Below, piece by piece: positions 1 through 9,020 of a DNA stretch of 32,000 nucleotides. The stretch is from a cyanobacterium endosymbiont of Braarudosphaera bigelowii. GTDB lineage: Bacteria; Cyanobacteriota; Cyanobacteriia; Cyanobacteriales; Microcystaceae. Both the position numbers and the translations under genes were made by a program. The stretch's first letter is position 1. Each line of letters begins with the position of its first letter. Where the stretch lies: assembly GCF_020885515.1 (NCBI RefSeq), contig NZ_AP024987.1, positions 840,001 to 872,000 on the forward strand, in the 5' to 3' direction. The notes under the pieces are model-generated. The model was not told where the DNA came from. It saw only the letters and a list, made by a program, of their open reading frames with translations, and ran no database searches.

Positions 1-1545
1 GGAGCTATCTGGCAGCATTTAGCTGATACGGTTTTAACTGACTACATTCTAAATTCTTTATGTTTAATGCTAGGCGTAGGAATTGGAGTATTAATTATTG
101 GGGTTACAACTGCATGGCTTGTTAGTCTTTGTTATTTTACGGGGTGTGATTGGTTTGAATGGCTTTTATTAATGCCTTTGTCTGCTCCAGCCTATCTTTT
201 GGCTTATACTTACACCGATATGTTGGATTACTATGGTCCTGTACAAATAGCTCTTAGAAATTGGTTTGGATGGCAAGACTTTAACGATTACTGGTTCCCA
301 AATATCCGCTCACTGTGGGGAGCAGTTATCATGCTAATTCTAGTACTTTATCCTTATGTCTATCTACTAGCAAGAACTGCTTTCTTAGAGCAATCTATTT
401 GTACGTTAGAAGCTAGTCGTTCTTTAGGTTGCAGTCCATGGCAAAGTTTTTTAAAGGTTACTCTTCCTTTAGCTCGTCCAGCTATTATAGCGGGATTAGC
501 TTTGTCTTTAATGGAAACATTAAATGATTTTGGGACTGTCCAGTATTTTGGAATTAACACCTTTACCACAGGTATATTTAGTATTTGGTTTGATTTCGGA
601 GAGAGACAAGCAGCTGGACAATTAGCTGCTTGTCTAATGTTATTCATTTTTTGTTTAATTATTTTAGAACTATGGTCTCGCCGGAAGATCCGTTATTATC
701 AGAATAGTAGTGCTCGTATAAGATTACCTCGCTATCAGTTAAAATCATGGCGAGGTTTAATTGCTTGGCTAGTTTGCTTTTTGCCTTTTCTAGGGGGATT
801 TCTCATACCTGCTATCTACCTAACTAAGTTAGTTATTGTTAATTTTACTACTGCCTTTGCCAATAATTTTTGGGGTCTAGCTAGTCATAGTTTGACTGTT
901 GCTTTTATAAGCTCAATTCTCTCTGCTACCTTAGCTTTAGTTATGGCTTATGGACAACGTTCAGAAAATAATTTTCTTACCAATACATCTATTAAAGTTG
1001 CGGCCCTTGGATACGCTATTCCAGGATCAGTTATCGCAGTAGGAATACTAATTCCTTTAGGACGTTTAGATAATATGATCACTAACTTTATTGGACAAAT
1101 TTTTGAGATAAAAGTTGGTCTCTTAATTAGCGGTACAATAATAGCCTTAATCTATTCTTATCTAGTAAGATTCCTAGCCGTTGCTTTTGGATCGGTTGAT
1201 TCCAGCTTGGGAAAAATAAAACCTAGTCTAGATGATGCTGCTAGGAGTTTAGGATCTACACCTAGAAAAAATTTAATTAAGATTCATACACCTTTAATGA
1301 CTGGCGGGATACTTACAGCAATCATGCTAGTTTTTGTAGATGTAATGAAAGAGCTTCCTGCTACACTAGTCATTCGTCCTTTTAATTTTGATACCTTAGC
1401 AATTAGAGTTTATCAATATGCCTCAGATGAACGGCTTTCGGAAGCTGCTGCACCAGCATTAGCTATTGTTTTAGTTGGTTTAATTCCTGTTATTTTTCTT
1501 AGTTGGCAAATTACCAGATCACGACGTCATCAAGACTCTTTTTAG
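1..1545 (+). CDS. Fe(3+) ABC-transporter permease, fused two-domain type (FutB/FbpB/HitB family); 5' end lies upstream of the window
   Basis: Frame 1 is open from nt 1 (GAIWQHLADTVLTDYILNSLCL precedes the tracked Met at 67), so the CDS is 5'-partial. There are two tandem permease halves, each with an EAA-type cytoplasmic loop (EASRSLGCSPWQSFLKVTLPLARPAI and DDAARSLGSTPRKNLIKIHTPLMTGG), and many hydrophobic segments. Confidence 0.85.
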   Translation, partial: GAIWQHLADTVLTDYILNSLCLMLGVGIGVLIIGVTTAWLVSLCYFTGCDWFEWLLLMPLSAPAYLLAYTYTDMLDYYGPVQIALRNWFGWQDFNDYWFPNIRSLWGAVIMLILVLYPYVYLLARTAFLEQSICTLEASRSLGCSPWQSFLKVTLPLARPAIIAGLALSLMETLNDFGTVQYFGINTFTTGIFSIWFDFGERQAAGQLAACLMLFIFCLIILELWSRRKIRYYQNSSARIRLPRYQLKSWRGLIAWLVCFLPFLGGFLIPAIYLTKLVIVNFTTAFANNFWGLASHSLTVAFISSILSATLALVMAYGQRSENNFLTNTSIKVAALGYAIPGSVIAVGILIPLGRLDNMITNFIGQIFEIKVGLLISGTIIALIYSYLVRFLAVAFGSVDSSLGKIKPSLDDAARSLGSTPRKNLIKIHTPLMTGGILTAIMLVFVDVMKELPATLVIRPFNFDTLAIRVYQYASDERLSEAAAPALAIVLVGLIPVIFLSWQITRSRRHQDSF

Positions 1546-1838
1546 AATTATTAGTGATAAAAACTTTAAATATTTTTTCATAATTAAAATCATGAAAAAA
1601 TATTTTATTTCTGATAAGGGAATTGATATATATTAAATAATTTATAAAAAAACGTTTTAGTCTGGAGTTAGTATTGTTGTTCAGTTATGACATGACATAG
1701 AATTTTTCTCATTATTGGAAAAGATAACTTAAGACGATCAACATTACTTTCTTAAGATGCTATATTCTCTCTAATCTAATTCGGTCAAAGTAATCTACAA
1801 TTAACTACGATCACCATAAAAAACACAGGGTAAATCAT

Positions 1839-1916
1839 CTAGTCCATACTAAAACCTATAGAACAAAAACTACTCAAGATTTATTATCACGAGAAACTGG
1901 TTTTAGTATGGACTAG
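1839..1916. repeat. Perfect 18-bp inverted repeat (ctagtccatactaaaacc / ggttttagtatggactag) separated by 42 nt, in the spacer upstream of the EF-G paralogue
   Basis: Read directly: arm 1839-1856 is the exact reverse complement of arm 1899-1916. It lies 294 nt after the permease stop and 85 nt before the EF-G start. Confidence 0.9.
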
Positions 1917-2000
1917 TTATAAAGGCAACATTTATGTTCCCTCTGAGTATTACTTAATGGTAGAAATTACCTATTATCAAATCTAAAGCTAGAAATAAAT

Positions 2001-4088
2001 ATGACGAAAAACCTAACTTATTATCGTAACATTGGCATCTTTGCTCATGTGGATGCTGGAAAAACTACCACTACTGAAAGAATTCTAAAATTAACAGGTA
2101 AAATTCATAAAATTGGTGAAGTACATGAAGGTGCTGCAACTACTGACTTTATGGAACAAGAGCAAGAAAGAGGTATTACTATCCAATCTGCAGCTACTAG
2201 CTGCTTCTGGAGAGATCATCAACTAAATATTATTGATACTCCAGGTCACGTTGATTTCACTATCGAGGTTTACCGCTCTTTAAAAGTTTTAGATGGTGGT
2301 ATTGGCGTTTTTTGTGGTTCAGGAGGTGTAGAACCTCAGTCTGAAACAAATTGGCGCTATGCTAATGACTCTAAAGTTGCTCGTATTATTTATATTAATA
2401 AGCTAGACAGAACTGGTGCCGACTTTTTTAGAGTTGTCAAGCAAGTTGATGAAATATTAGCTGCTAAGCCTATTGTTATGGTAATACCTATTGGGATAGA
2501 AAATGATTTCTGTGGCGTAGTAGATCTACTTACTGAAAAATCATGGACTTGGGATGATTCTGGAGATCCAATGAAATATACGGTAAAAGATGTTCCTGAA
2601 GAAATGAAAGAGCAGGTAGCAGAATATCGAGAAATGCTAATCGAAACTGCTATAGAACAAGATGATAGCTTAATGGAAAAGTATCTTGAGGGAGAAGAAT
2701 TAACTATTGAAGAAATTAAGTTTTGTATTCGAAAAGGTACTCGTGATCTTGCCTTCTTTCCTACTTATTGTGGTTCCTCTTTCAAAAACAAAGGAGTTCA
2801 GTTAGTATTAGATGCTGTTATTGACTATCTTCCTAACCCCATGGAGGTAAAACCTCAACCAGAAGTAAATCTAGAAGGAGAAGAAACAGGAAGCTATGCT
2901 ATCGTAGACGCGGATAAGCCTTTAAGAGCATTAGCCTTCAAAATCATGGATGATCGTTTTGGATCACTAACCTTCACACGTATTTATTCAGGAAAAATTG
3001 CTAAAGGTGACACAATATTAAATACTGCGACAGGAAAAACAGAAAGAATTAGTCGTCTAGTGGAAATGCATGCTGATTCCCGAGAAGAAGTAGAATCTGC
3101 ACAGGCAGGAGATATCATAGCTATTGTAGGCATGAAAAATGTCCAAACAGGTCATACTTTATGTGATCCCAAGTTTCCTGCAACACTAGAGCCTATGATT
3201 TTCCCGGATCCTGTAATATCTGTTGCCGTATCACCTAAGAAAAAAGGTGAAAACGAGAAGATGGCTTTAGCTATAAGTAAAATGGTTCAAGAAGATCCAT
3301 CGTTCTATATGGAAACGGATAAAGAAAGTGGTGAAACCATAATCAAAGGAATGGGAGAATTACACTTGGATATAAAAGTTGATATTCTTAACCGTACTCA
3401 TGGAATTGAAGTAGAAGTTGGTAAACCACAAGTAGCTTATCGTGAATCCATTACTAAAGTTATCAAAGATACTTATATTCATAAGAAACAGTCTGGTGGT
3501 TCCGGACAATTTGCTAAAATTGATTACAGTATCGAACCGGGAGAACCTGGTAGCGGTTTTCAGTTTACTTCAAAAGTTACAGGAGGTAATGTTCCAAGAG
3601 AGTTTTGGCCTGCAGTACAAAAAGGCTTTGAAGCCAGTGTACAAAAAGGTGTTCTTGCTGGTTATCCTTGTGTAGATTTAACAGTAACTCTTTCGGATGG
3701 ATCATTTCATCCGGTTGATTCTTCAGCGATAGCCTTTGAAATTGCAGCTAGAGCTGCTTACCGTCAAACAGTTCCTAAAGCTGGACCTCAATTATTAGAA
3801 CCTATTATGAATGTAGATGTTTTTACTCCTGAAGATTACATGGGAGATGTAATAGGTGATATTAATCGTCGTCGTGGTATGATCAAATCTCAAAATTCTA
3901 CACCTATGGGAGCACGAATTAAAGCAGATGTTCCTTTAAGTGAAATGTTTGGTTATATAGGTGATTTACGTACAATGACATCTGGACGTGGTCAGTTTTC
4001 TATGGAATTTTCTCACTATGCTCCAGCTCCAAGTAATGTGGCGGAAGAAGTTATTAAAGAAACAAAAGAACGTCAAGCTTCCTCTTAA
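2001..4088 (+). CDS. fusA: Elongation factor G paralogue (EF-G 2 type translational GTPase)
   Basis: 695 aa. GTPase motifs AHVDAGKTT (G1), DTPGHVDF (G3) and NKLDR (G4), with full five-domain EF-G length. It is not in an rpsL-rpsG-fusA-tuf context, so it is probably the second EF-G copy. Confidence 0.93.
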   Translation: MTKNLTYYRNIGIFAHVDAGKTTTTERILKLTGKIHKIGEVHEGAATTDFMEQEQERGITIQSAATSCFWRDHQLNIIDTPGHVDFTIEVYRSLKVLDGGIGVFCGSGGVEPQSETNWRYANDSKVARIIYINKLDRTGADFFRVVKQVDEILAAKPIVMVIPIGIENDFCGVVDLLTEKSWTWDDSGDPMKYTVKDVPEEMKEQVAEYREMLIETAIEQDDSLMEKYLEGEELTIEEIKFCIRKGTRDLAFFPTYCGSSFKNKGVQLVLDAVIDYLPNPMEVKPQPEVNLEGEETGSYAIVDADKPLRALAFKIMDDRFGSLTFTRIYSGKIAKGDTILNTATGKTERISRLVEMHADSREEVESAQAGDIIAIVGMKNVQTGHTLCDPKFPATLEPMIFPDPVISVAVSPKKKGENEKMALAISKMVQEDPSFYMETDKESGETIIKGMGELHLDIKVDILNRTHGIEVEVGKPQVAYRESITKVIKDTYIHKKQSGGSGQFAKIDYSIEPGEPGSGFQFTSKVTGGNVPREFWPAVQKGFEASVQKGVLAGYPCVDLTVTLSDGSFHPVDSSAIAFEIAARAAYRQTVPKAGPQLLEPIMNVDVFTPEDYMGDVIGDINRRRGMIKSQNSTPMGARIKADVPLSEMFGYIGDLRTMTSGRGQFSMEFSHYAPAPSNVAEEVIKETKERQASS

Positions 4089-4154
4089 TTAGCAAAATTT
4101 ACCTAATATTAATATGTTTCCTAATTGAAAAATATTACTTATTAGTGTCTTGAA

Positions 4155-4206
4155 ATATATGATTTTCTTATGTTTAGAATATTCCAAACATAAGAAAATC
4201 ATATAT
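4155..4206. terminator. Bidirectional hairpin between convergent EF-G and SpoIID genes: 21-bp perfect stem, 10-nt loop
   Basis: atatatgattttcttatgttt (4155-4175) is the exact reverse complement of aaacataagaaaatcatatat (4186-4206). The loop agaatattcc contains the palindrome gaatattc, so the 52 bp are a near-perfect palindrome. Confidence 0.7.
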
Positions 4207-4277
4207 CTGTAAATTATTGCTTTTTAACCAAATTTTATATTATTAATTTTTTATAAAAAAAATAGTTACATGACTTA

Positions 4278-5408
4278 CTATATTTTTTCTTTTAGAAGAG
4301 TTAAATCAGAATTTTGATAGTAGTGACTTAAAATTCGATAATAAGGAATATTCTGTTTTGCTAAATAATAACTTCCCCACTGACTCATTCCAATTCCATG
4401 TCCAAAACCTCTTCCTCTAATTGTAAAAAGACCTTGATCAATTGATATTCTAAATCCAGTACTTTTTAACTTTAATATTTTACGTAGTTCTATTCCTGAG
4501 ACCCTTCGAGAACCTTGATCACCCAAGACATTTAAGGTCACTATACGACCGCTTGGAGTAACTTTACCAGGAACTAGTGAGTATATTGTGCCTAATCCAT
4601 TTATTAATTGCCCGATTTCTGTTGAACTAAAAGTTTGATTCCATGAAAATACAGGAGAAAGTTGATCATAGTCTGGAACTCCCTGTAAATAAGATAAAGA
4701 CGAATTCCATACATTCTCAACATTCTCTGTATGACCACCAGAAGATGAATGAAATACAGATAAAATAAGTTTTCCATTATGAGTCAAAACTTCCTTAGAA
4801 GTCACTTTAACTGCATTATGAGTGGCTAGAGACTCTGTCTCTATACCCCTGTAAATTTGCGTCTTAGTGGTTGTATCTAAGTCATAGTGTATGTTACCTG
4901 AAGTGGATGTTTTAAAAAGTGCATAAGTACGTGAAACTATTGCTTGAGCTTTTAACGCTTCTTTAGGCCATGTAGGATAAGATTCACCACCGACAACACT
5001 ATAGAGATATTCATTTAAATCGACTAAATTAATTACTATTATTGTCTTTCCTTGACTAATGAGTAATATTTTCCCTCGATACCAGCGATTATTTATCCAA
5101 ACTACACCTTTTCCTTGAGGTTCTATTAGAAAATAACTTAATTTCCAGTGCTTGAGACTAATTTTATTTTCATTAAACAGTTTTATTTTAAAGCTATTTA
5201 ATGGAGCTAAAGTACCTATTTGTTTTCCTTGATTATTTATAACATTAGCTGGAGAAGAACTACCTATATATAAAGTTTTTACATTTTTTTTAATAGCAAC
5301 TCGAAGTTCTGTAGAAGCATGTGTAGATGAACAAGAAAATAATATTATATAAAATATTAAACTTCTAAAAAGCGTGATAATAAATGGATTTTTTAAACTT
5401 ATTATCAT
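4278..5408 (-). CDS. SpoIID/LytB-domain protein (peptidoglycan-remodelling amidase-enhancer family), secreted
   Basis: 376 aa. N-terminal signal-like hydrophobic segment. Core matches the SpoIID domain pattern (EYLYSVVGGESYPTWPKEALKAQAIVSRTYAL ... HSSSGGHTEN ... GHGIGMSQWG). Confidence 0.85.
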   Translation of the reverse strand: MIISLKNPFIITLFRSLIFYIILFSCSSTHASTELRVAIKKNVKTLYIGSSSPANVINNQGKQIGTLAPLNSFKIKLFNENKISLKHWKLSYFLIEPQGKGVVWINNRWYRGKILLISQGKTIIVINLVDLNEYLYSVVGGESYPTWPKEALKAQAIVSRTYALFKTSTSGNIHYDLDTTTKTQIYRGIETESLATHNAVKVTSKEVLTHNGKLILSVFHSSSGGHTENVENVWNSSLSYLQGVPDYDQLSPVFSWNQTFSSTEIGQLINGLGTIYSLVPGKVTPSGRIVTLNVLGDQGSRRVSGIELRKILKLKSTGFRISIDQGLFTIRGRGFGHGIGMSQWGSYYLAKQNIPYYRILSHYYQNSDLTLLKEKI

Positions 5409-5525
5409 AGACTTTACTTTTTAAATCCTCATAAATATACGAGATCTATATTGTATTTAATATCTTGTCAAACTTTCAGCACATGGTTTTAGATAAGTTT
5501 GGCAAATCTTAAATATAAATCATAA

Positions 5526-5577
5526 AATTAGGCTTCAAAGTTATTTTCAGAATTAAAAATAACTTTGAAGCCTAATT
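5526..5577 (-). terminator. Intrinsic-terminator-like hairpin downstream of the RNR alpha gene: 22-bp perfect stem, 8-nt loop
   Basis: aattaggcttcaaagttatttt (5526-5547) pairs perfectly with aaaataactttgaagcctaatt (5556-5577). On the minus strand it is followed by a U-rich run (tttatgatttat). It starts 54 nt after the stop at 5631. Confidence 0.7.
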
Positions 5578-5630
5578 ATAATCCTACTAATTAAAAACAA
5601 GAATATTTGGTATTTTATTCATAGCATTAA

Positions 5631-7943
5631 TTAATTTGCACAAGAGGTGCAGGTATTGTCAGTATCTTTAAAATCATCCCTTTGGACCGTTCTAACATAA
5701 TAAATAGCTTTGCAGCCATCTTTCCAGGCTGTTAAAAACATTTTAAAAATGTCTGTAGCTGATAGAGAACGTTCAGGTTCTTCAGGTAGATAAATTCCTT
5801 GATTTAAATTGAACAACAACTCCATAGATATACCAGTATCTATCCACTGTTGTATTGTTGAAACTGCTTTAACAACTTTTTGCTGATCTAGGACTTTATT
5901 TTCATGGTAGAACCAAAAAGACTCCTTTATAAAAGGGGGAGCGATAGGTACTGTCCCCTTTGCCCATTTATCATAGAAAAAACGGCTATAAACAGGAAGA
6001 ATGCTTGCTGTACAGCCTTGTACTAAAGAAGAAGAAGTATTAGGAGCTATCGCCGTAATATGAGAATTACGAATACCATAAGTTTTAATATTCTCTGACA
6101 ATTCTACCCAGCGTTCTTTTTGGGAAGCATTTTCTATAAACCAGTCAACAGATTTTGAACCAATTAACTTACCTTTACTCCAATCACTCCCTGTAAATGC
6201 ATTATACGCACCTCTCTCTTTAGATAATTCCATAGATGTATGAGTACACCAATAGCCAACTTCCTCAAATAGTTGACTAATTTCATCTAGATTGTCATAT
6301 GTCAAAAATCTTTTTGCTAACCAATCTGCTAATCCCATACATCCAACTCCGATAGTGCGATATCTATCATTGTGAGTTTTCGCATAGCTGAATGGAGGAT
6401 TAGTAATGTCTATAGTATTGTCCAAAATTCGAACTGCTAAATTCGAAAGATAACTCAGCTCAGTATCTTCAACATTTGCTAAATTTAAACTTACTAAATT
6501 ACAACAATGACTTTCTTTCCTCGGGGCAACATTTGAAAAAGATTCTGTACATAAGTTAACTCCTGGAATATACCCAACATGTTTATTAGGATTCGCCCGA
6601 TTTATGGTATCTTTAAAGGCTAAATAAGGCATTCCCGTTTCTAACTGAGAACGCATTATAGTTTTAAACAATTCACGAGCATTAATCTTTTTATAAAGGG
6701 TAATTTTGTTTCCTAGTTCGGATTCAATTAACCTATAAATTGTTTCGAATTCTTCACCCCACAATTCAGCTAATTCGACACCAAGTTTTATTCGTACTTC
6801 ATAGGGATCAACTAATGTCCATTCTTGTTTTTTCTCAACTCGCCGCATAAACTCATCTGTTAAGATTAGTTGAGGAAAAACATCATACGCCTTACGTCTT
6901 TGATCACCATTCTCTGTTTGCATTTCTAGAAATTCTGGAATATCTAAATGCCAAACATCTACACCAATCGTAATAGCTCCAGCTCTCCTTCCTCCTTGGT
7001 TAACAGCTATCGCCGTATCATTTAGTAATTTAATCCAAGGAATAATACCTCCGGAAGCATTAGCTTTGCCCATTACCCAGCTTCCTGTAGCTCTAATACG
7101 ACTAACATTAGCTCCAACACCACCACCATTTTTAGAAATTCTAGCTGCATTAGTGACACCTTCACAAATACTTTCTAAATCATCATCAATGGCTATAATA
7201 AAGCAGCTAGTCAACGAACCTTCTGGGATTCTTAGGTTTGCCAAAATTGGAGTAGCTAAGGATATTTTGCGTGTGGCGATAGCTTCATAAAAACGTTTAG
7301 CCCAAGGTAATCGATTTTGAGGAGCTTCAACTATTGCTAGTAACAGAGAACAGGTTAATAAGGCTTCTTGGGGAAGCTCATCTGGTAATAAATAACGACT
7401 ACTAAGGAGCACTGCCCCAGCATAGTCATAATCTATATCCCAGTCTGAATTAATCCAAGAGCCTGCTTCTTGTAAATCTTCTAAAGAATAAGCAAGCAGG
7501 CGTTTGTCATACTGGCAATTTTTTACTTTAGTTTGAACTGTAATTTCGTATTTATCATATTGATAGCCACGACTAACTAAAATATTTTTCCAAAGGCTCC
7601 AAATATGTAGTCTGCCAGCAACATAACGCCAGTCAGGCTCTTCAGGACTACACATTTCTAAAGAGCAATTGATTAGATTATTTTGAATATCCTTTGTGGT
7701 AATACCATCACGTAAGCGAGTGGTTAGTCCCGCCTCTAAGGCAATACTATTTACATCTTTACCAGAACATGCCCAACTGACGACAGCACGTATTTTTCCA
7801 ATATCAAGAGCAGTCCAAGATCCATCTCGTCGTTCTACCTTAATTTTACTTGCTCCTAAGTTTGAATAGTGATTAAGGTGAGATGTATTCGTGTCTCCTG
7901 GATTGTTTTGTTGGGAGAAATTTGAGACAGTAGATTGCATCAT
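5631..7943 (-). CDS. nrdA: Ribonucleoside-diphosphate reductase large (alpha) subunit, class I type with N-terminal ATP-cone
   Basis: 770 aa. From memory it is collinear with E. coli NrdA: ATP-cone (KVERRDGSWTALDIGKIRAVVSW), KISLATPILANLR, TSCFIIAIDDDLESI, NQGGRRAGAITIGVDVWHLD, active-site NLCTE, RTIGVGCMGLADWLAK. It has the C-terminal YY dyad (KAIYYVRT) used for radical transfer from a beta subunit, and a terminal Cys pair (CTSC). No nrdB is present in this window. Confidence 0.88.
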   Translation of the reverse strand: MMQSTVSNFSQQNNPGDTNTSHLNHYSNLGASKIKVERRDGSWTALDIGKIRAVVSWACSGKDVNSIALEAGLTTRLRDGITTKDIQNNLINCSLEMCSPEEPDWRYVAGRLHIWSLWKNILVSRGYQYDKYEITVQTKVKNCQYDKRLLAYSLEDLQEAGSWINSDWDIDYDYAGAVLLSSRYLLPDELPQEALLTCSLLLAIVEAPQNRLPWAKRFYEAIATRKISLATPILANLRIPEGSLTSCFIIAIDDDLESICEGVTNAARISKNGGGVGANVSRIRATGSWVMGKANASGGIIPWIKLLNDTAIAVNQGGRRAGAITIGVDVWHLDIPEFLEMQTENGDQRRKAYDVFPQLILTDEFMRRVEKKQEWTLVDPYEVRIKLGVELAELWGEEFETIYRLIESELGNKITLYKKINARELFKTIMRSQLETGMPYLAFKDTINRANPNKHVGYIPGVNLCTESFSNVAPRKESHCCNLVSLNLANVEDTELSYLSNLAVRILDNTIDITNPPFSYAKTHNDRYRTIGVGCMGLADWLAKRFLTYDNLDEISQLFEEVGYWCTHTSMELSKERGAYNAFTGSDWSKGKLIGSKSVDWFIENASQKERWVELSENIKTYGIRNSHITAIAPNTSSSLVQGCTASILPVYSRFFYDKWAKGTVPIAPPFIKESFWFYHENKVLDQQKVVKAVSTIQQWIDTGISMELLFNLNQGIYLPEEPERSLSATDIFKMFLTAWKDGCKAIYYVRTVQRDDFKDTDNTCTSCAN

Positions 7944-8661
7944 TTACACTAAATAAATTATGACTAAGAAAAAACTAATAGATTGTATACTTGAATTTTG
8001 TTACTTTTGTATCAGCTTGAGAAGGATACATTTTTGTTATAACATACATGTGGTGTGACATATGGTATGTTTTTACTAAGAACTCTACAGAAAAAATACA
8101 AAAAAAACATTTTTGTCAAATAGATTATTAGGAAAAAATATAAATTCATAAATGAAAATCCTACGCTTAATCCATAGAATATTAAGGTGATTATTAAGAA
8201 TATTTAATATCTTGTATAGTCTTAAATATTATCCATTCAATACGAAAAACATACAACATGTAATTAATCATATAAAGAATTAAATAATCTTAAGTAAAGA
8301 TAATAAGAGCCTGCCCTAAAAATTCTCTATATTCTTAGGCATAATTTCTTACAAATTCACATTTTATCAACACTTAATTTCTAAAAAAAAAGAAAATTCT
8401 AAGTTGATCAAAGAAATGTAAAATTAATTTACATTGTCAAGTCTACATCATTTTATGTCATTGGTTATCCAAATATATTTTTACAGAATTATTCCGTAGG
8501 TCAATTATCATAACATTCTATTGTCTATTATTTCAGTATATTCAGAATATTTTTTATTATCTGGCTACTAATAGTTAAATTATAGTTTTCAGGTTAATAC
8601 ATTAGTATTTTTATAAATAAAATACATTTATATTTCTTGGCTGATAGAATTTAAATAACAT

Positions 8662-8700
8662 TAATTAAAGTTTTTCTCTTAAAGAGAAAAATTTTAATTA
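8662..8700. other. Orphan hairpin inside the 1.08-kb spacer (18-bp stem with one mismatch, 3-nt loop)
   Basis: taattaaagtttttctct (8662-8679) pairs with agagaaaaattttaatta (8683-8700), with one g/a mismatch. It lies about 320 nt downstream of the ycf66 stop on the minus strand. Confidence 0.5.
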
Positions 8701-9020
8701 GAAAAAAATTATCTTTTGTAATATATTTTCTTGACTACTAAAGATGTTTTAAAAAGATATAAAACAATTTCTAGGATGCCTGTTAACTTTTTGTTTTAAG
8801 TATAAATTTTTTACAACTTATACATTTAAGTTATCCAATCATGAATAATGAAAAACTTATGTAATAAAAAATACTATACAAAATTCCTAAATATGTGTAT
8901 ATAGTTATCCTAACTTAATTAGATATTCTACTATTAACGGCTGCGATTCATCACATAGTATAAAAGCTATTAAATCAAAATCAGTTAAATTATTTTAATA
9001 AATACAAAATTGCAAACTTT

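Noticed and set aside
360-647. 95-aa minus-strand ORF inside the Fe3+ permease gene
   Set aside because: It lies entirely antisense to a well-supported CDS and has no recognisable motifs. It is a typical shadow ORF.
3442-3675. 77-aa plus-strand ORF in an alternative frame of the EF-G gene
   Set aside because: It is nested out of frame inside a highly conserved gene, with low-complexity sequence and no RBS.
7066-7290. 74-aa ORF antisense to nrdA
   Set aside because: Shadow ORF opposite a conserved, relatively GC-richer part of the RNR gene.
5631-7943. Class II (adenosylcobalamin-dependent, NrdJ) assignment for the RNR, and a B12 riboswitch upstream of it
   Set aside because: My first impression was NrdJ, as in many cyanobacteria. 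However, the protein is collinear with class Ia NrdA and keeps the C-terminal YY radical-transfer dyad (AIYYVRT), which is needed only when a beta subunit supplies the radical. No B12-box-like GC-rich element is visible in 7944-9020.
7960-8058. 32-codon Cys-rich ORF (MTKKKLIDCILEFCYFCISLRRIHFCYNIHVV) diverging from nrdA
   Set aside because: It has no Shine-Dalgarno sequence, is made of AT-rich codons, and overlaps the putative nrdA promoter/operator dyad. It is most likely a chance ORF.
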